32,000 nucleotides of DNA, from NCBI RefSeq assembly GCF_000317615.1, contig NC_019780.1, forward strand, positions 3,604,722 to 3,636,721, given 5' to 3'. This DNA is from Dactylococcopsis salina PCC 8305. Lineage in GTDB: Bacteria > Cyanobacteriota > Cyanobacteriia > Cyanobacteriales > Rubidibacteraceae. The notes beneath the pieces were generated by a model. The model did no database searches and was not told where the DNA came from. It saw only the letters and a list, made by a program, of their open reading frames with translations. The translations under genes were made by a program, and so were the position numbers. Every line of letters starts with the position of its first letter. The first letter of the stretch is position 1. Below, one piece after another: positions 28,278 to 32,000 of the stretch.

Positions 28278-29644
28278 ATGACAGAAAAAGAAGCAAACCT
28301 AGATAACTTTATCAAACCAACAATTGGTTTCGACGAGAAAAAACCACCGCAACCCGACTTAGTTGATGACTGTGTTCACTGTGGTTTTTGTTTATCCACT
28401 TGTCCCAGTTATCGTGTGATTGGGAAAGAAATGGACTCACCACGAGGACGCATTTATTTAATGGATGCAATTAATAAAGGAGAAGCCAACTTAGATCAAG
28501 CAACCGTCCAACATTTTGATTCTTGTTTAGGTTGTCTCGCTTGTGTTACCACTTGTCCTTCTGATGTTCAATATGACAAACTAATTGCAGCCACTCGTCC
28601 CCAAGTCGAAAGAAATTATCCTCGCAATATTTTCGATCGAATTTACCGTCAATTAATTTTTAGTTTCTTTCCTTATCCTAACCGTCTGCGTCCCCTCTTA
28701 ATTCCCCTGTTAATCTATCAGAAATTAGGACTACAAACCTTAGTCCGAAAAACAAAACTCCTGAAAAAAATCTCTCCTCGTCTTGCCTCAATGGAGTCCA
28801 TTTTACCAGAAATTACAGCGCAATCCTTCCAAGATAAATTTCCTGATGTTATTCCCGCACAAGGAAAAAACGGTATCGAGTAGGAGTCATTTTAGGCTGT
28901 GTTCAACGTCTCTTTTTCTCCCCTGTAAATGAAGCAACGGTGAGAGTTTTAACCGCGAATGGTTGCGAAGTCGTTATCCCGAAAACTCAGGGCTGTTGTG
29001 CCGCTTTACCCGCGCACCAAGGACAAGAAAAACAAGCGCAAAGTTTAGCGAAACAAATGATAGATAGTTTTGCTGAAACTGATGTTGATTTTATTATTAT
29101 TAACGCCGCTGGTTGTGGACATACTCTGAAAGAATATGGACATATTTTAGAAGATGATCCAGAGTATAAAGAAAAAGCAGAAGCCTTTGTAAAAAAAGTC
29201 AAAGATATCCAAGAGTTTCTCGCAGCAGTGGGATTAACCGCAAAACTTTCTCCCTTACAAGATGAACCATTAGACTTAGTTTATCAAGATGCTTGTCACC
29301 TGTTACATGGACAACAAATTAGTTTGCAACCGCGACAATTATTAAAAGAAATTCCAGGAGTAAAATTACATGAACCCATTGACGCTGCTTTGTGTTGTGG
29401 TAGTGCCGGGGTTTATAATATGTTACAGCCCCAAGTTGCCGAAGAATTGGGAGATAAAAAGGCAAATAATCTCTTAAATACTGGTGCGAAAATGATTGTT
29501 TCTTCTAACCCTGGTTGTTCTTTACAGATTAAAAAACATCTGGAACAAAAAGGAAAAGAGATGCCACTTTTCCATCCCATGCAACTTTTAGATTATTCCA
29601 TTCAAGGGGTAAAGTTAAATCAGCCAGTGACCAGTGACCAGTGA
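28278..29644 (+). pseudogene. glcF: Glycolate oxidase iron-sulfur subunit GlcF, reading frame interrupted (ORF halves 28278-28883 and 28847/28940-29644)
   Basis: The N-terminal half has two 4Fe-4S motifs, CVHCGFCLSTCP and CLGCLACVTTCP. The C-terminal half (CCG domains, GCVQRLFF..., CCGSAG) continues in the -1 frame, which is open from 28847. The switch point is the run GGAAAAAACGG at 28863-28873. Confidence 0.8.
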
Positions 29645-29713
29645 CCATTGATCAGTGACCAGTTACCAGTGATAAATAACGAATAACAAATAACGAATAA
29701 CAAATAACGAATA
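29625..29713. repeat. Heptamer tandem runs (CAGTGAC)n at 29625-29673 and (AATAACR)n at 29674-29713
   Basis: cagtgaccagtgaccagtgaccattgatcagtgaccagttaccagtga is followed by aataacgaataacaaataacgaataacaaataacgaat. The first run encodes the last residues and the stop of glcF. Confidence 0.85.
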
Positions 29714-29723
29714 TAATAGTATT

Positions 29724-29972
29724 ATGAAACGTTCTGTGGAAAAGCTAATGATTAAGTTAGAAGTGACAAAACTGGGAGACTCAGTGGGAGTAATTTTCCC
29801 AAAGCAATTGCTGGATAAACTTAAAATTAATCAAGGCAATTCTCTCTATGCTGTTGAAACTAAAAACGGTGTTGAACTGAAATCTTACGATCCTGAGTTG
29901 ATTAAGCAAATGGAAATTGCAGAAGAAATCATGTCAGAAGACGAAGATGTTTTAAAAAAGTTAGCTGAATAA
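29724..29972 (+). CDS. AbrB/MazE/SpoVT-type antitoxin (Phd-equivalent partner of Doc)
   Basis: 82 aa. LGDSVGVIFPKQLLDKLKINQGNSLY is a swapped-hairpin SpoVT/AbrB motif. It ends 4 nt upstream of doc. Confidence 0.8.
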   Translation: MKRSVEKLMIKLEVTKLGDSVGVIFPKQLLDKLKINQGNSLYAVETKNGVELKSYDPELIKQMEIAEEIMSEDEDVLKKLAE

Positions 29973-29976
29973 AACG

Positions 29977-30387
29977 GTGTCGGAAATTATTTGGATTAGA
30001 AAGGAAACAGTTTTAGCAATTCATCGTCGCCAAATCGAACAACATGGGGGAGTAGAAGGAATTCGGGATCAAGGGTTGCTAGAAAGCGCACTCTTTCGAC
30101 CTAAAAATTTATTTGCTTATTCTGAATTCTCTCCTGATTTTGCTTCTTTAGCCGCCGCTTATGCTTGGGGTTTGGTTAAAAATCATCCCTTTTTTGATGG
30201 CAACAAAAGAACATCCTATGTTGTTACTCGCACTTTTCTACAACTCAACAGCTATGATTTGCAAGCCTCTGATGAGGAAAAGTATCAAATTTGGATTGAA
30301 TTGGCTGCCAGTCAATTTTCAGAAACAGAATTAGGAGACTGGCTGAGACAAAACATTTCTTTCGTTGGGATTACTGATGACTGTTGA
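29977..30387 (+). CDS. doc: Doc (death-on-curing) Fic-family toxin
   Basis: 136 aa, GTG start. Doc-type Fic motif [11 protein letters not shown]. Confidence 0.88.
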   Translation: MSEIIWIRKETVLAIHRRQIEQHGGVEGIRDQGLLESALFRPKNLFAYSEFSPDFASLAAAYAWGLVKNHPFFDGNKRTSYVVTRTFLQLNSYDLQASDEEKYQIWIELAASQFSETELGDWLRQNISFVGITDDC

Positions 30388-30901
30388 CGGTTTCCACGAG
30401 CTTGAGATATTCTGTATTAACGCCAGAATCACGAACTAAGGTGATCTTACCTGTGCGAGCAATTTCTCGAATCCCAAACTTATGAAGCATTTTAATAATG
30501 GCGACCATTTTGCCTGGATCACCGACAACTTCTAAGGTCAGTGTATCTTCGGAAATATCTACTACACGCGCGCGGAAAACTTGTGCCAATTCAATTACTT
30601 CGGCGCGTCCTGATGCGGTTGCATTGACTTTAATCAACATCAGTTCCCGTTCGACACAGGGAAGTTGAGTGACATCTTGCACTTTTAGAACGTTAATTAA
30701 CTTGTAGAGTTGTTTGGTTAACTGCTCGATCGTGCGATCGTCCCCTGGGACGACCATGGTAATGCGAGAAATGCCTTCTTTTTCGGCTGGTCCAACGGCA
30801 AGACTTTCAATATTGTAGCCTCGTCGCGCAAACAAACCAGCAATACGGGTGAGTACCCCTGCTTCGTCTTCAACTAAAACGGATAAGGTATGTTTGAGCA
30901 T
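30371..30901 (-). CDS. ilvH: Acetolactate synthase small (regulatory) subunit
   Basis: 176 aa. [33 protein letters not shown] is the ACT domain. Confidence 0.92.
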   Translation of the reverse strand: MLKHTLSVLVEDEAGVLTRIAGLFARRGYNIESLAVGPAEKEGISRITMVVPGDDRTIEQLTKQLYKLINVLKVQDVTQLPCVERELMLIKVNATASGRAEVIELAQVFRARVVDISEDTLTLEVVGDPGKMVAIIKMLHKFGIREIARTGKITLVRDSGVNTEYLKLVETVNSHQ

Positions 30902-31034
30902 CGATCGCGCTTCTTAAGGAATAGGTTAAATTGTGAATAACTATCATAGCAAGAAGTTTCCCCGGTTCGATCGAACGTCATCAAAAATTAAATAAGCTAT
31001 GGTGATAGAGGCAATCACTTATTGTAATTCAAGA

Positions 31035-31268
31035 ATGTATAAACACTCCTCTTTTAACTCTGATGAAATCGTCCAACGTGCGGAACAGTTGATGAATGCG
31101 GCTTCTAACCGCTATCGAATTACCGTACAAGTCGCCAAACGAGCAAAACGTTATCGTAATGAGGAAAAAAACCAAGACCCTTTAGAAGACCCTTTGATGA
31201 CCCCTCCCATTCGCGCCATCATTGAAATGTCCGATGAATTAACTCAACCCGAAATTATCGGCGAGTAA
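31035..31268 (+). CDS. rpoZ: DNA-directed RNA polymerase subunit omega (cyanobacterial RpoZ)
   Basis: [17 protein letters not shown] ... [19 protein letters not shown]. The ORF is open from 30999, but the internal ATG at 31035 gives the usual ~77 aa. Confidence 0.85.
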   Translation: MYKHSSFNSDEIVQRAEQLMNAASNRYRITVQVAKRAKRYRNEEKNQDPLEDPLMTPPIRAIIEMSDELTQPEIIGE

Positions 31269-31381
31269 ATTAAACCTCTCTCCCTCCATCAGATTCTAAC
31301 CAAAAACGGTTGTTTTCAATGTAATGAGCAAGCACGATAAAATATAAGGAAAACATACCGATTAACAAAAAAAGGTAGATT

Positions 31382-31630
31382 ATGGCTGATACAAAACTCG
31401 CCCTCACTCCAGAAAACGTTGAGAAAGTTCTCGATGATCTTCGTCCCTATCTCATGGCTGATGGAGGGAATGTTGACCTCGTAGAAATTGAAGGACCGAT
31501 CGTCAAACTGAAATTACAAGGAGCTTGTGGTTCTTGTCCCAGTTCCGCGATGACCCTCAAAATGGGAATTGAACGTCGTCTGCGAGAATTTATCCCTGAA
31601 ATTGCAGAAGTCGAACAAGTTTTAAACTAA
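31382..31630 (+). CDS. NifU C-terminal domain (Nfu-type) Fe-S cluster scaffold protein
   Basis: 82 aa. [38 protein letters not shown]. Confidence 0.9.
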   Translation: MADTKLALTPENVEKVLDDLRPYLMADGGNVDLVEIEGPIVKLKLQGACGSCPSSAMTLKMGIERRLREFIPEIAEVEQVLN

Positions 31631-31671
31631 TACCATTTTGAATAATTAGTGCTACAAATTGACTACTTAAG

Positions 31672-31694
31672 CCCCCCTTAATTAAGGGGGGTTT
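31672..31694 (+). terminator. Palindromic hairpin, possible terminator after the nfu-like gene
   Basis: CCCCCCTTAATTAAGGGGGG is followed by TTT. The short T-tract makes this uncertain. Confidence 0.45.
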
Positions 31695-31857
31695 GGGGGG
31701 ATCGACTGTTACCTGATTTTTTAAAGATGGTATAACTAACGTCTCGATCGTCTTCCACTCCTTTCTCTGTTTCTGATTCCAATTAGAGAAGGGAGTGGTG
31801 AACTTATGGGATGATAACAAACACTTATATGAATCAGATTAAAAATAATAATTAGTA

Positions 31858-32000
31858 ATGTTAAATAACTCTGAAACTCTCGCCACCAGCGCAATTATAC
31901 TGATCGCCGTTGCCATATTGGTTTGGGGATTTAACCGCGCTCGACCTTATGGAAAAATTGGCATCCTCTCCTGGTTACAATCAGTCGTCTTGATGGCGCC
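31858..32000 (+). CDS. N-terminal fragment of a membrane protein (continues beyond the window)
   Basis: ATG at 31858. MLNNSETLATSAIILIAVAILVWGFNRARPYGKIGILSWLQSVVLMA has two hydrophobic segments. Confidence 0.5.
   Translation, partial: MLNNSETLATSAIILIAVAILVWGFNRARPYGKIGILSWLQSVVLMA

Noticed and set aside
31590-31820. 76-aa minus-strand ORF
   Set aside because: It overlaps the nfu-like gene end and reads through the CCCCCCTTAATTAAGGGGGG palindrome. I recognise no family.

Overview
This is a chromosomal segment of a cyanobacterium. It has frequent HIP1 GCGATCGC octamers and carries cyanoP, ndhF1-ndhD1, sbtA-sbtB, glcE/glcF and a cyanobacterial-type rpoZ. There are about 30 credible protein genes, mostly housekeeping. 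The intergenic DNA is unusually repeat-rich: GTAGGTTGGGTG...AAACCCAAC hairpin repeats, CCCCCCAATTCTGGGGGG palindromes, MITE-like elements, heptamer STRR-type runs, a near-perfect 62-bp x ~7 tandem array, and a ~1.1 kb direct duplication downstream of sbtB. The left edge is the tail of an NRPS cluster, with an A(MT)-PCP-TE terminal module followed by an O-methyltransferase. Accessory or defence-like content comprises an orphan Panacea (DUF4065) antitoxin-like gene, an AbrB-type antitoxin/Doc toxin pair overlapping the ilvH 3' end, and a Zn-ribbon-NYN-2xOST-HTH protein. Two observations stand out. (i) In the sbtA-sbtB bicarbonate-uptake cassette, sbtB stops 1 nt from a MITE end and lacks the C-terminal CGPxGC redox motif. 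Its 3' end, its terminator and ~0.5 kb of unexplained non-coding DNA are duplicated. (ii) glcF is split by a frameshift lying exactly on an in-phase A_AAA_AAC slippery heptamer. I found no rRNA, tRNA or CRISPR array. I cannot demonstrate a clear multi-gene novel system, so the candidates are flagged with modest confidence.
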